Assembly: GCA_026023565.1 (NCBI GenBank)
Contig: JAPETS010000003.1
Coordinates: forward strand, 1,302,001-1,366,000
Source of the DNA: Cirrosporium novae-zelandiae
Lineage: Eukaryota
Direction of reading: 5' to 3'
DNA length: 64,000 nt
Part shown: positions 37,070 to 47,671 of the stretch, piece after piece
How positions within the stretch are numbered: position 1 is the first letter of the stretch
Layout of the letters: each line of letters opens with the position of its first letter
Notes under the pieces: model-generated
The model's input: only the letters and a program-made list of their open reading frames with translations
Told to the model about the DNA's origin: nothing
The model's database searches: none
Position numbers and translations under genes: made by a program

Positions 37070-38416
37070 ATGGCAGACGGGGAGAAGCCTATTCATACAA
37101 TAATTCTGGATGCAGGAGTATGTATAACTCTTGTTTGCTAGGAGATACCATTAACTAACGACACAAAACAGCCAATCATCAAGAATGTCCCAGCCATTTC
37201 AACGCTTCTTGCCAAAGCACAAACTCTTGTAACAGTCCCAGCGATTATTTCGGAAATTCGCGATGTTGTCACCCGTCAACGAGTTGAGACTACTCTTTTG
37301 CCATTTCTAACTCTCCGAAGCCCTACTCCTGCTTCAATAAAAGTCATACATGATTTTGCTAGGAAAACTGGAGATCTAAGTGTGCTGTCAAGAGGCGATA
37401 TACAAATCCTCGCATTAACTTATGAATTGGAGTGTGAGAGGAATGGTGGAGACTGGAGACTAAGGAGAGTTCCAGGACAGAAACGACTAAACGGTTCTCC
37501 GCTAAAGAAGGAGGAGGGGCTAAAGGATGAACAGCAAGAGGCGGGACAGGAACGAACTGAAGGGAATGGAGTTGCAGCCGAGGATGGCGCCGTTTCTACA
37601 AAATCAGAGTCACCACCGCAAATATCTGAGGGAAATAGTGATAACGTTACTTCATCGAATATGGATGCCATTGTGGAACAACTAAAAAGCCCTACACTAG
37701 AAGAAGCTATTCTAATAGAAAAACCAGAGTCTGTTCGGGCCACACAAGAAAGCGACGAAATTGAGGAAGGTGACTCTGATTCAGATGGTTGGATCACGCC
37801 TTCTAATATCAAACGTCACCAGCTCAAAGATTCTTTATCTTCTGGGACACAAGCTGCCGAACTAAAGACAATGCAAGTGGCTTGTATTACAACTGATTTC
37901 GCTATGCAAAATATCCTACTGCAGATGAACTTGAACCTTATCTCGCCATCGCTAAATCGAGTGCGACACTTGAAGACGTATATATTACGATGCCACGCTT
38001 GCTTTTTTTGGGAGAAGCCCAAGGAAATGTCCAAGCAATTTTGCCCTAGATGTGGCAAGCCAACTCTGACTAGAGTTTCTTGTTCTACAGATCAAAACGG
38101 AGAATTCAAGATGCATCTAAAGAAGAACATGCAGTGGAATCACCGAGGAGACAAATACAGCATCCCAAAACCAATAGCGGGATCCGCAAATGGCAAAGTC
38201 AAGTCCGGTGGCGGTAAAAACGGCTGGGGCCAAGAGTTGATCCTAGCGGAAGACCAAAAGGAATACATAAAAGCTATCAGCACGGAGAGGAGGAGAAGAG
38301 AGAGGGGCCTTATGGATGAGGATTATCTTCCTGGGATATTAACCGGTGAAAGGAGAAACCACGGAGGAAAAGTGAAGATTGGTGCGGGTAGGAATGTAAA
38401 TTCTAAAAAGAGATAA
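37070..38416 (+). CDS. NOB1: 20S pre-rRNA D-site endonuclease Nob1; intron 37118-37171
   Basis: PIN domain (ILDAGP, KTGDLSVLSRGD, TTDFAMQN), GWITPSN and zinc ribbon RCHAC..FCPRCG. Confidence 0.95.
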
Positions 38417-38579
38417 AAATAAAATGTTTGTTCAATTGATAATTTCTCACTGTCCACCATGAACGAAGCTCCTAGAGATTTACTTCAGTTCTAAGAAGTA
38501 TATATCTTAACGAATATTTCCCAACCTAACGAATGTACGCCTAGACTCCGTTTCTCAACCTCAATCCTCCAAGTCTCAT

Positions 38580-38908
38580 TTATGTAGACCTTGTGTCGGG
38601 TTGCTGTGTCAAAAGCAGCCCATATCTTTTCTTCAGAGTAATCCGGTGCCTGTAGGTCATCAATGTCAGTAGTATTCTCTTTCAAACGTTGATGGTTATA
38701 ATAGCTATCTCGAGTAACTTTACCTCGAGTATTTATCATCGGGTGAGAATCTAGCAGGATGTGCAGACTTGGTGACCTCCCCATTCACCACCTTTTTGAG
38801 GGTATAGATTCTTTTGCCTTCAGAGCTCTGGTTAGATATTTTCGTCACAAAACACGATTTCTTTAAAGTATATCTACCATTGGCATCCAAGGTGTACATT
38901 AAATGCAT
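38580..38908 (-). CDS. NOP10: H/ACA RNP subunit Nop10, 64 aa; introns 38818-38877 and 38650-38723, plus 5'UTR intron 38910-38989
   Basis: Spliced product [64 protein letters not shown]. Confidence 0.95.
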
Positions 38909-39286
38909 CCTAGGTAATGGAATTAGCAATGGAGCTCGCATGGATCTAAGTGAATGCTATAATAGTTAACGGTAATAATAAATACTCACTTGATAGGATC
39001 AAAGAATTTTTAGACTGGTACGAAGTGCTAAAGTTGTTAAGAGCTGGTTGCAATTACTGTCGTTCAGTGGATTGCGGCTGCGAGAAATAATTATTTGTCT
39101 TGGCACGGACCAAGCGAACTCGAAAATTTACTCAGTAGTTCCACCGCCCACTATTTCTCCCTTCCCTTAAGCCAAAACCTTTCATTTTCTAAACACCAAT
39201 AATTGCGAGCTTGAAGAAGCTCGCCCACGACTCTAACGCCAATTTGTGAGTATCATTCTAACGTCCATCTCTCTTCCCAATCCTTT

Positions 39287-39373
39287 TCTGCAGTGATGAC
39301 ACCAAACCTTTTGTGCCTAGACATTGTCAATGTTGGCTTGATTTCTCATAGACTACAACGGTATCTGAGCAGA
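39287..39373 (+). ncRNA. Intronic box C/D snoRNA, snR79-like (guide for 18S rRNA 2'-O-methyl-C at the yeast C1007 equivalent)
   Basis: Terminal stem TCTGC/GCAGA, box C GTGATGA (39293-39299) and box D CTGA (39365-39368). The guide AGACTACAACGGTAT is complementary, with one mismatch, to the conserved 18S sequence AUACCGUCGUAGUCU. It lies within intron 39246-39435. Confidence 0.88.
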
Positions 39374-39674
39374 CATGTCACTTTATGGGATTTTGCACTT
39401 GTATCAATTACGATTAGTATCTGACTTGACAATAGTGATCGGTTCTTTCTAGATAGCTATAGAAGCTTCTAAATAATATGCCTGCTGTACTCGCAAACCC
39501 ATTGCAATTCACGATTAATTCGGATCATCGGATGAGTAAGAGCTGCAACGAGAAAGCCGACGTATCGCGCAAGAGGATTCAATGTTTATCAGACCTTCAA
39601 TGACCACTATACCTGGTCCCCTTAACATAATAATTGGGGCACACTTTTAGGTAGAATACCTTATATTTACTAAG

Positions 39675-41225
39675 ATGGCAGAAGGCCATCATACGCCAGA
39701 GCTGGACGTTCATATTTCTCAAAGAGATGATAAAAACAAAACTGATCTAATTGTCAATAACCAAACATCCAAGTCAGAAGTGGCTACCAAGACATCTTCT
39801 GAGGACAATGAAGGCCAAAAGACCAATATATTAATTACTGGGGAGACTAAACGGCCAAAGCGCCCCCGAAAATCAAATTATAACAAGATCCATTGCTATC
39901 CCCTTCCAATAAAGACCTATCCTATCCCACCACTCATTCCCACAAACCCCTTGTCCATTATTTCTATAGCTATCACTTGCCTCATTCAATACTTCTTTCC
40001 GCCCTCCTCTCATCTCAACACTCTTTATCTCGGCTCCTTTTCTACAGAAACGCATTCCATCCATGTCACTGACCCAGCTACCATGCGTGCGCTCTGGGAA
40101 ATGGGGTTCTTTGGGAAAGGGAGCCTGAGTCGAAGTGAACCTTCCTGGTTGGACCAGGAGAAGAAACGCAGGGGTCTTGTAGCAGGGGACACAAGCGAGG
40201 AAGCCACGAGAAGGAGACGGGAGGAAAGAAAGGCATTTAAAGAGGAAAGAGCAAGGGCCGAGAGAAAGATGATTGAAAATGAGCTAATGAGAGAGGGTAG
40301 ATTGGAGGCTGCAGTTAAGGATGATAAAATTGTTGTCAATGCGTCTGCAGGTAGCACAAAGGAAATAAATGTGCTAGAAGATCGCGAAGGCTTAGTTGGA
40401 ACATCCAAGCCGAATGGAACAGTACCGTCTCTTCGACATGGCGGCGCTGCATCCACTGAAAATGTACAACCAAACGAATTAAAATCCGTACGATTCTTAG
40501 AGCTATCGATATCAGAATCAGCTAGAGCCGCATCTTCAACAGCAGCAGCAACCACCATTCAAGACTGTGAAAATCTGTTATCCGACAAATTCGAGGCTGA
40601 CCCAAGTGCAATCTTAAACAAAGAACACCTTCAATTAAGCTGTGAAGAATCTCTCTTCCTCACATATGGTCTTGGCGTTCTTTCAATAATTGATCCTGCT
40701 ACGAGCCTACCCATTCCAACCTCCTCACTCCTTCCCCTTTTCCGTTGTTATTCATACTTCCCAGCTCGTCCAGTAAATTCTCTCCATCCAGATGACCCAT
40801 TTATGCTATCATACGTTGTATACCACCATTTCCGTTCCCTCGGATGGGTTGTCCGGTCTGGTGTCAAGTTCGCCACAGACTACCTCCTCTACAACCGTGG
40901 TCCAGCGTTTACACACGCTGAGTTCGCGGTTATCGTCCTACCATCTTATGAAGATAGATATTGGACAGAGACCGAGGTTGGTAGAAGAGAAGTAGAGCAA
41001 TCAACTTTGAATAAGAAAAATTGGTGGTGGCTACATTGCATCAACAGAGTACAGGCGCAGGTAAAAAAGACCTTAGTCGTGGCATATGTTGAGGTACCAC
41101 CGCCGAACGCGGCGTTTGATTGTATGGAGAACGTGGAGAACATCGGGCGCGTGCTGCAAAGATACAAGGTTAGGGAGGTTATTATTAAAAGATGGGTGCC
41201 AAGTAGGAACCTTAAGAGTGGATGA
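39675..41225 (+). CDS. SEN2: tRNA-splicing endonuclease catalytic subunit Sen2
   Basis: LWEMGFFGKGSLSRSEPSW, EHLQLSCEE and YHHFRSLGWVVRSGVKFATDYLLYNRGPAFTHAEF. Confidence 0.93.
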   Translation: MAEGHHTPELDVHISQRDDKNKTDLIVNNQTSKSEVATKTSSEDNEGQKTNILITGETKRPKRPRKSNYNKIHCYPLPIKTYPIPPLIPTNPLSIISIAITCLIQYFFPPSSHLNTLYLGSFSTETHSIHVTDPATMRALWEMGFFGKGSLSRSEPSWLDQEKKRRGLVAGDTSEEATRRRREERKAFKEERARAERKMIENELMREGRLEAAVKDDKIVVNASAGSTKEINVLEDREGLVGTSKPNGTVPSLRHGGAASTENVQPNELKSVRFLELSISESARAASSTAAATTIQDCENLLSDKFEADPSAILNKEHLQLSCEESLFLTYGLGVLSIIDPATSLPIPTSSLLPLFRCYSYFPARPVNSLHPDDPFMLSYVVYHHFRSLGWVVRSGVKFATDYLLYNRGPAFTHAEFAVIVLPSYEDRYWTETEVGRREVEQSTLNKKNWWWLHCINRVQAQVKKTLVVAYVEVPPPNAAFDCMENVENIGRVLQRYKVREVIIKRWVPSRNLKSG

Positions 41226-41816
41226 TAGGTCCTACGGGGATAATTCAAATTTCTGGATTATTGAAACTGTAATTGATCTTTAGAGAAGCCAAAACACTTC
41301 AGCAGAAGTCAGGGGAAGCCGCATGGCCAAAAGCCTTGAAGTCCTTTACAAGACCCTACCCCTTTTTCTTAGGGTAAGCTACGCCAAATCATTTCCCCCC
41401 TGGTTTTTGCCTGCATGCTAATTAATTCTATTATCAAAAGAAACTGCATTGCGAAGGTGCTAGGAGCTTCGAACAATAATCTGATGAATAGTCTAATTAT
41501 CTACTATGGTATCACTAATGTCTATTATATTTGGTCATGCTAGTCGAGGAAACTCTATCCCTTCCTAGGTTATATATGTCTTCTATACATTATGTTCGAG
41601 TCTTACGGTATATGTGTACGGTATCGTGTGATAGGGCTCAAGCAGTAGAATAATCAGTAAAGGTGACCATGACGCATTTTTGGACTTTGTGTCAAATCAT
41701 CAATCACCTACTTTCGAAAGTATGCCCATCACATTCCCATCACTCAAAGTAATTGTGTCTATAGTTATATTTTAATCTGTGGTCTTACTTCTAAGCATCA
41801 ATATAAACTTTACAAG

Positions 41817-41880
41817 ACGCGTAAATTCACTAAGAGATGGCACGTGTACACGCGTCTAAACGCGCTAGCATTAAACGCGA
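41817..41880. promoter_or_regulatory. Cluster of MCB-like elements upstream of RAD9
   Basis: ACGCGT at 41817 and 41850, ACGCG at 41860 and ACGCGA at 41875, all within 150 bp of the ATG. Confidence 0.65.
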
Positions 41881-41965
41881 TGGACAAAGGAAATCATACT
41901 TTTCCCCACCATTGATTCCTTCTCAGTACCCCCAATCTCATAATTAGAAAAGACAAATATCAAAA

Positions 41966-44900
41966 ATGGAGACACAGGAGGAAAGCGTGGATTTTTCCTA
42001 CCTTAAAAATATGACTCTCGGTCATACTGACGTGAGTTGTTTGCTGTCTTATGGATTCTGGGAACGCTAATGGCGCAATCTTCCTGGTAGGAATCCTCGC
42101 TGCAGCAGATTAGCGTGCCAGAGCATAACAACCCAAGTCGCCGAGAGCCTGAGGCCAAGGCTCAAACAATAAACACCGTTAGAGAAGATACTGAGTGTCA
42201 GAAGCGAAATCTATTTCCTCTAGCTACAGCTCCTTGTCAACCATCATCAGGCCGACCACATCATGAACAATTGAATTACACGTCTCGCAATGACCACACT
42301 CCTTTCTCATCACCAACAAAAAAGGAGCGGCCACCATTAAAGGCTCTAGTCTCAACACCTCAAAATATGGATCTTCAAAACAGTCCGGTTGGTGGGGATA
42401 CACAGCCGCTTTCTCCGTCCGTCTACGAATCATTTTCGAAACGAAGTAAAGAGCAATCGAATTTGTCTCTCGATGGTTCAACCCGTGAAAATGACGCGAC
42501 CCCACGACCTCTCCTAGAGAGTGATACAGATCATGTCGATTTATTGGTATCGTTTAAGCAATCCGGGGTCGATGACGACAAAGACGTCGAAGATGGAGCG
42601 GAGGAAGAGGACTTAATAGAAACGGACGAGACACATATGAAATCCTTTGCAGAATCGAAGCACTTTACTCCGAAAACACCGGCTACGATAGGGAAAAAAA
42701 GAAACTACTTGGGAGAAGAAGTTGGTTCAAACAAAACACCCTCGCTACCAACCAACCCATTTGGTAGAAATCTTGCTACTCCGGCGGGGATAATGGCTAT
42801 GAGCCAAGTTTTCGCAACTACACAAGCTCTTACCTCCCCAGTATCCGATGCTCTTCATTCTGACATGGTATATGAACGCCCATCACCCAACGTTCAACTC
42901 AATGGCCCATCACCGCTTGGGCCATCGTCGCCTTCAGTCAATTTTCTAGACTCGGAGCTTAAGAGAGGATATACCGAGCCACAGGCAACGTACGTCCCCA
43001 TGAAAGATTCCCAAAAAAAGAGGGCAAGAGCCCTTCAAAGGTCACTATCAACGAACAGGCTTGTGGCGGAGGACTCCTCCGATGACGATTTCTTGGACGA
43101 CGAGACGTACAATAGGCGAAGGAGGCAACGAGAGAAAACTGAAAACGCTCGTAAGGCCCTCTTTGGTGTCACAGGTCCACAGCGTATACTATCTCCAAGG
43201 ACGAAAAGAAGTGCCAGGCAACCTGTTTCTTCCCCAAAACCACCGTCATCTATACTAAAACCTAACAGCCAATTTTCTCCAGATACGCCCATATTCAATG
43301 ACAGCAGGGATATCTACCAAGAGGAAAATCCAACTGAAGATGAAACAGAACAGGAAGAGGATGCGGAAGAAATAGTGCAAAATGACTTGACAGCTGAGGA
43401 AGATAAGGAAAATATAGACACTGGTATTCAAGTTCCTATGACTACAGGAAGGTCCATCAAGCCGCGACCCCTTGATCAAAGCCTGCATTCAAGCCCTTTG
43501 TCAAGGCACCAGCGAAGGTATTCGGAAGGAGATAATGGGAGACCTTCGGTGGGACTTCATACAGAATCCGTCCATCCTTCGGGAACTACAAACGCCTCAG
43601 AGAACCTTTCCTCTCTTGAAGCTAACCAAAACAGAAGCAGCGCTTCTCAAGCTATTGCAATTAAAGACTCACAACCTTCACAATCACGAGCTGATGAGAA
43701 GAGCACACAAGACACCATTATCCTTCGAACACCTGCCCTAGCCTCCTCTCTTCCCCCTGACTTTTTTGTTCCCCAATCACAGTCTGGAGAATTTCCTGAG
43801 AATAATCAGTCTAGGCCATGTCCAGTGAATATCGATCTCGAGGTGGACTCTTCTCCTTTAGCCAAGCCTCCTTTACTTTCATCAAGTCAACCAGTCAGGA
43901 CACCTACCTCTGGACGGACATTACGACCCTTTGTTCCTCTTGAGGAGAAAGAGAAGACTCAAGAAAGGTTAAAGCTTCCTCAGATCGAAAATAGGTCTTT
44001 GATCTACGAGGAAAACAATAGTAGTCATGTTCAAACATATCAAAACGTGACTGGAGGAAAGGATAAAGTAATGATAGCTCAAAATTATACTAATCCTCCC
44101 AAACCAGGACACAATACTCCGAAGTCCATCGAGTACACGGGCTCACAGCCAGATACTCCAGAAGGTGCCTTCAAGAATATGAATAATGAACGAACAGACA
44201 TTTACAAACCTCTCACCATTCCAGAAACAAGTTCCATTGATAGAGTAACCCGGTTTCTATCATCGGAACAAGAGGATACCGATTCTATACACCATGCTGA
44301 AGTTGAAAAGTCAGACTGGCGAACAGCTGAGCAGTCTAAAAGCGCAAGCAAGAACGAGACCGCTATAATGGACGGAGCCACGAAATTTTCGAGTAAATCA
44401 AAGCAGCTGGGGGTACTAGAGACTTCTCCAGCAAAGCCAAAAACACCTACTCGGAGAACGCTTCTCGAGATATTGTCTTCCCCAACACCTCAAACTTCGT
44501 TGCGTCAATATGATATCGACATTAATATTATGACAAATGATGACCGTGAATTTGAAGCTGCCATTCAGGGTTCATCGCCACCTCTTCCAGTAAAGAAAAG
44601 ACGACGGGGTACTCATGGACCCGTAATCATTGACGATGATATTGAATATGAGTCTTCAGGCAAGCTTGTTCCTAAAACGAATCAACATCCTCCTACTCTT
44701 GTTGAACATTCCCCCTTGACTCCAAGCCATATTGAAATCAGAGTCCCGGATAAACTATCAACCACACGCACTGAGCGTGTCAATATCTATGAACCACCAG
44801 CAAGCGTGAAAAAACCTTCTGTTATCAAGAGGCTTCAATTATCTCGACCAACTCCCTTTGAGCCATCTAGGAGCCACGGGAAACTCGGACGGCCAAAAAA

Positions 44901-46611
44901 GTCTCTAAATCAATACTCTTGTGGGAATACTGAGCAAGAAGACCCTATACAAGCAAGCCCGAAAACAACGCCAGATGTTCCAAGAGGTTCGGTGAAGCGT
45001 CGTGGACGCCCACCACATTCTCATAAAGTACCAGTTACTCAAAGTTCACCAAAGCAACCACAAATTTCACAAGCACATTCACGAAGTTCTCGTACAAGCG
45101 ATGATCCTCCTTCGGAAATGTTAGTACCGAATCGAGTATTTGCTTTCTTCAATGACCAGAGAGGTGCATTTCACCCTGGAACCTGTGTCGGCATCACCCT
45201 CCGAGAAGGAGAGGAACCTCGATTTAAAGTTCGTTTTGATGACGGCACTATTGATGATTGTGACGAGAGTGGAATTAGCAGGCTTGAGTTGCATCCAGGA
45301 GATTCTGTCAAGATTGACAGTCCAGGGATCCCCAAGCAAATATGCATAGTAATTCGCCTACAAAACAGTGTGTTAGGAAACGCGGAACAAGAGCCAGCTG
45401 CTCATCCTAAGTTTCCTAAAACCGATATACATGGTTTCTCTGCCGTTCTCCTTGCTTCCAAGAAAGATGTTCAGGACATCTCAAACGTGCCATCCGATAA
45501 AACATTTACTATTCCTCTCACCAGTTTGTACATACCCCGAGGTAACTGGTCACACTTCCGAAACCGGAAATATCGATTTGACCTACCAGAATCCAAACCA
45601 ACTCCACGTACCCGCACTCCGCTACCAGCAACCCCCAGATCGCCAATTTCTCATACCAGGGGTCGCAGAGTTACTTCGTCAAAGCTAACAAATCGTTTAC
45701 GAAGTGTTTCATCATCACCAGACGCCCTTAGCTCTTCGATTTTTTCTGGCATGGTCTTTGCTATCAGTATTAGAGACGAAGAAAAATTAGGAGGGAAAGA
45801 CAAAATCGCTCGACTACTCACCTCAAACGGTGGCACTGTCAAAGATGGATTTGACGAGCTTTTTCATGTCCCGAGCCTGGAGTCTGCGTCACCTTCCAAA
45901 CACAATATCCAAAAGGGACCAGCTACTCTAAATCTCGCTCATGATGCAAAAGACTATGGTTTTACTTGTCTTTTAGCAGACAAGTACTCTCGCATCGTCA
46001 AATATATGCAAGCCCTTGCTCTCGGCCTTCCCTGCATTGCTATTCGTTGGGTCGATGATTGCATCAGTTATAGCAAGATCCTCAGATGGGACCCATATCT
46101 ACTTCCGTCTGGTGAGTCCAGCTTTCTAGGGGGAGCGGTACGCTCACGAGTCCTTCAAACATATTCGGCCGTTGATGCAAAACTGTCTGCTGTCATTAAT
46201 AATAGACCCAAGCTTCTTGGTGATAAATCTGTGATGTTAATCATGGGCAAAGGCCGAACGGAAGAAGGCCGAAAAGCCTATCTCTTCTTTGCACATGCCC
46301 TTGGCGCCTCGATGGTTGCTCGCGTGAACGATCTCGAGGCTGCGAAAAAAGCATTACAAGAATCGCAAAACGATGGTCGGGTATGGGATTTCATATACGC
46401 AGGTGAAAAAAATAATGACGTCCAACAAGCGGTACAATATCTCTTCGGGGATGAAAACGGGGACAGGAAAAGCAAGACCGGGAGGAAGCGTAAGCGCGGC
46501 CCTAGTAGTGTGCCTGCATTGAATTTTAATGGCGATGGGAAAACAAAGGTTGTGGGTAGCGAGTTTGTGTTACAGAGCCTTATTGCAGGTCAATTGCTGG
46601 AGGAAAATTGA
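41966..46611 (+). CDS. RAD9: DNA-damage checkpoint mediator Rad9/Crb2 (Tudor-like domain plus tandem BRCT); intron 42032-42090
   Basis: SQ/TQ- and SP/TP-rich N-half, Tudor-like NRVFAFF..FHPGTC..FKVRFDDG, and BRCT motifs IFSGMVFAIS and SRIVKYMQALALGLPCIAIRWVDDC. Exon 1 (METQEES...) splices in frame to ORF 42115. Confidence 0.85.
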
Positions 46612-46948
46612 GTTGTCTCGTTGGTTGAATAGGAAGGATAAAAGCAAACTAGGATATGGGGAGTTTTATAGTAGCTATAGGATGATAAGACGGATAACCA
46701 AGACACGTGTATGATATTGATCATCTGTATAGCTGCACAGCTGGGAAACAAAGAAGAAATAATTCCGAACCTAAGACATGGTTTTGCTGTACAAGAGGGC
46801 TATATGAATTACAGTCTCCTAGATGAGAAGCCCCGTCCATCCCAAGGGGGAATAGGGTAAAGGGATATCAAGTTCGAGGGGAACCTCGAAACTTGAGCCC
46901 AAAAAAAAGGCCGTTAGACCATATGATATATGTACATATATTTCCCCA

Positions 46949-47671
46949 TTACCTACGCAGTTGATTTTTCCCATTCTTAGCCATCGACTTCGCTTCTGCA
47001 TCAGCCCACTTCCTCACCCTTCCAATCTCCCAGTTAGCCTCCCGATACATATAGCCAGGCCGAATCCTAGGCACTCTCTTCTCTCCAGCCTTCCTCTCCT
47101 CCTCCTCCATGTTCCTCATAGCCTCCACTCCATCCTCAATAACCATACCCCCCAATCCACCTTCAACACCTTGCCTAGGCGCCAAAAACATGCCCAACCT
47201 TCTCCTCCTCGCCTTATTCCCCATAAACGGCAGCTTCTCATCCCTCTCAAACGTAACTCCAATCATCTTCCTCCCACTATCCACACCGCCATTCGTCCTC
47301 TTCCCCTTCCATCTCCGATCTTGATAATACTGCACATATCCCGCCTGGGTGGCATAGATCGTAAAATCTTTTCCTATGGCGCAGTTCTCCCCGGGCCACC
47401 AGATGGAGCCTCGTTGCCGGAAGATTATATTTCCGGGGACGACATATTCCAGGTGGCCGCGTTTGGCGCCGAGGCGGGGGCCCGGCCCGTTTTTGGGTCC
47501 GTTGGCGCGGGACTCGGTCGAGTGAGCGGCCGGGGGATGAGGGGTTTGGGTGAAGGGGCGGGTTTGTTGGATCTGTGTCAGGAGGGCAGGGTTTGCGGTG
47601 GTTGTGGCTGGGAGGGGTTTGAAAAAGGTGGTGGTGGTGCGGAGGAGAGGTGTGAGGCGTGATTTAAACAT
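46949..47671 (-). CDS. MRP7: Mitochondrial ribosomal protein bL27m
   Basis: Presequence-like MFKSRLTPLLR and L27 motifs RLGAKR..VVPGNIIFRQRGSIWWPGEN..IGKDFTIYA. Confidence 0.9.
   Translation of the reverse strand: MFKSRLTPLLRTTTTFFKPLPATTTANPALLTQIQQTRPFTQTPHPPAAHSTESRANGPKNGPGPRLGAKRGHLEYVVPGNIIFRQRGSIWWPGENCAIGKDFTIYATQAGYVQYYQDRRWKGKRTNGGVDSGRKMIGVTFERDEKLPFMGNKARRRRLGMFLAPRQGVEGGLGGMVIEDGVEAMRNMEEEERKAGEKRVPRIRPGYMYREANWEIGRVRKWADAEAKSMAKNGKNQLRR

Noticed and set aside
38491..38784. 97-aa ORF overlapping NOP10
   Set aside because: An alternative frame running through the NOP10 intron and 3'UTR; the spliced Nop10 explains the locus.
39530..39605. Second snoRNA in the downstream SEN2 leader intron
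   Set aside because: No good box C or D pair and only short, mismatched rRNA complementarity.
46929..46936. UGUACAUA Puf-type element in the MRP7 3'UTR
   Set aside because: TGTA/TATA-rich words occur in many 3' regions here and cannot be told apart from polyadenylation signals.
46961..47662. 233-aa plus-strand ORF opposite MRP7, and the many other antisense or nested ORFs in the track
   Set aside because: They shadow recognisable conserved genes and carry no motifs of their own.
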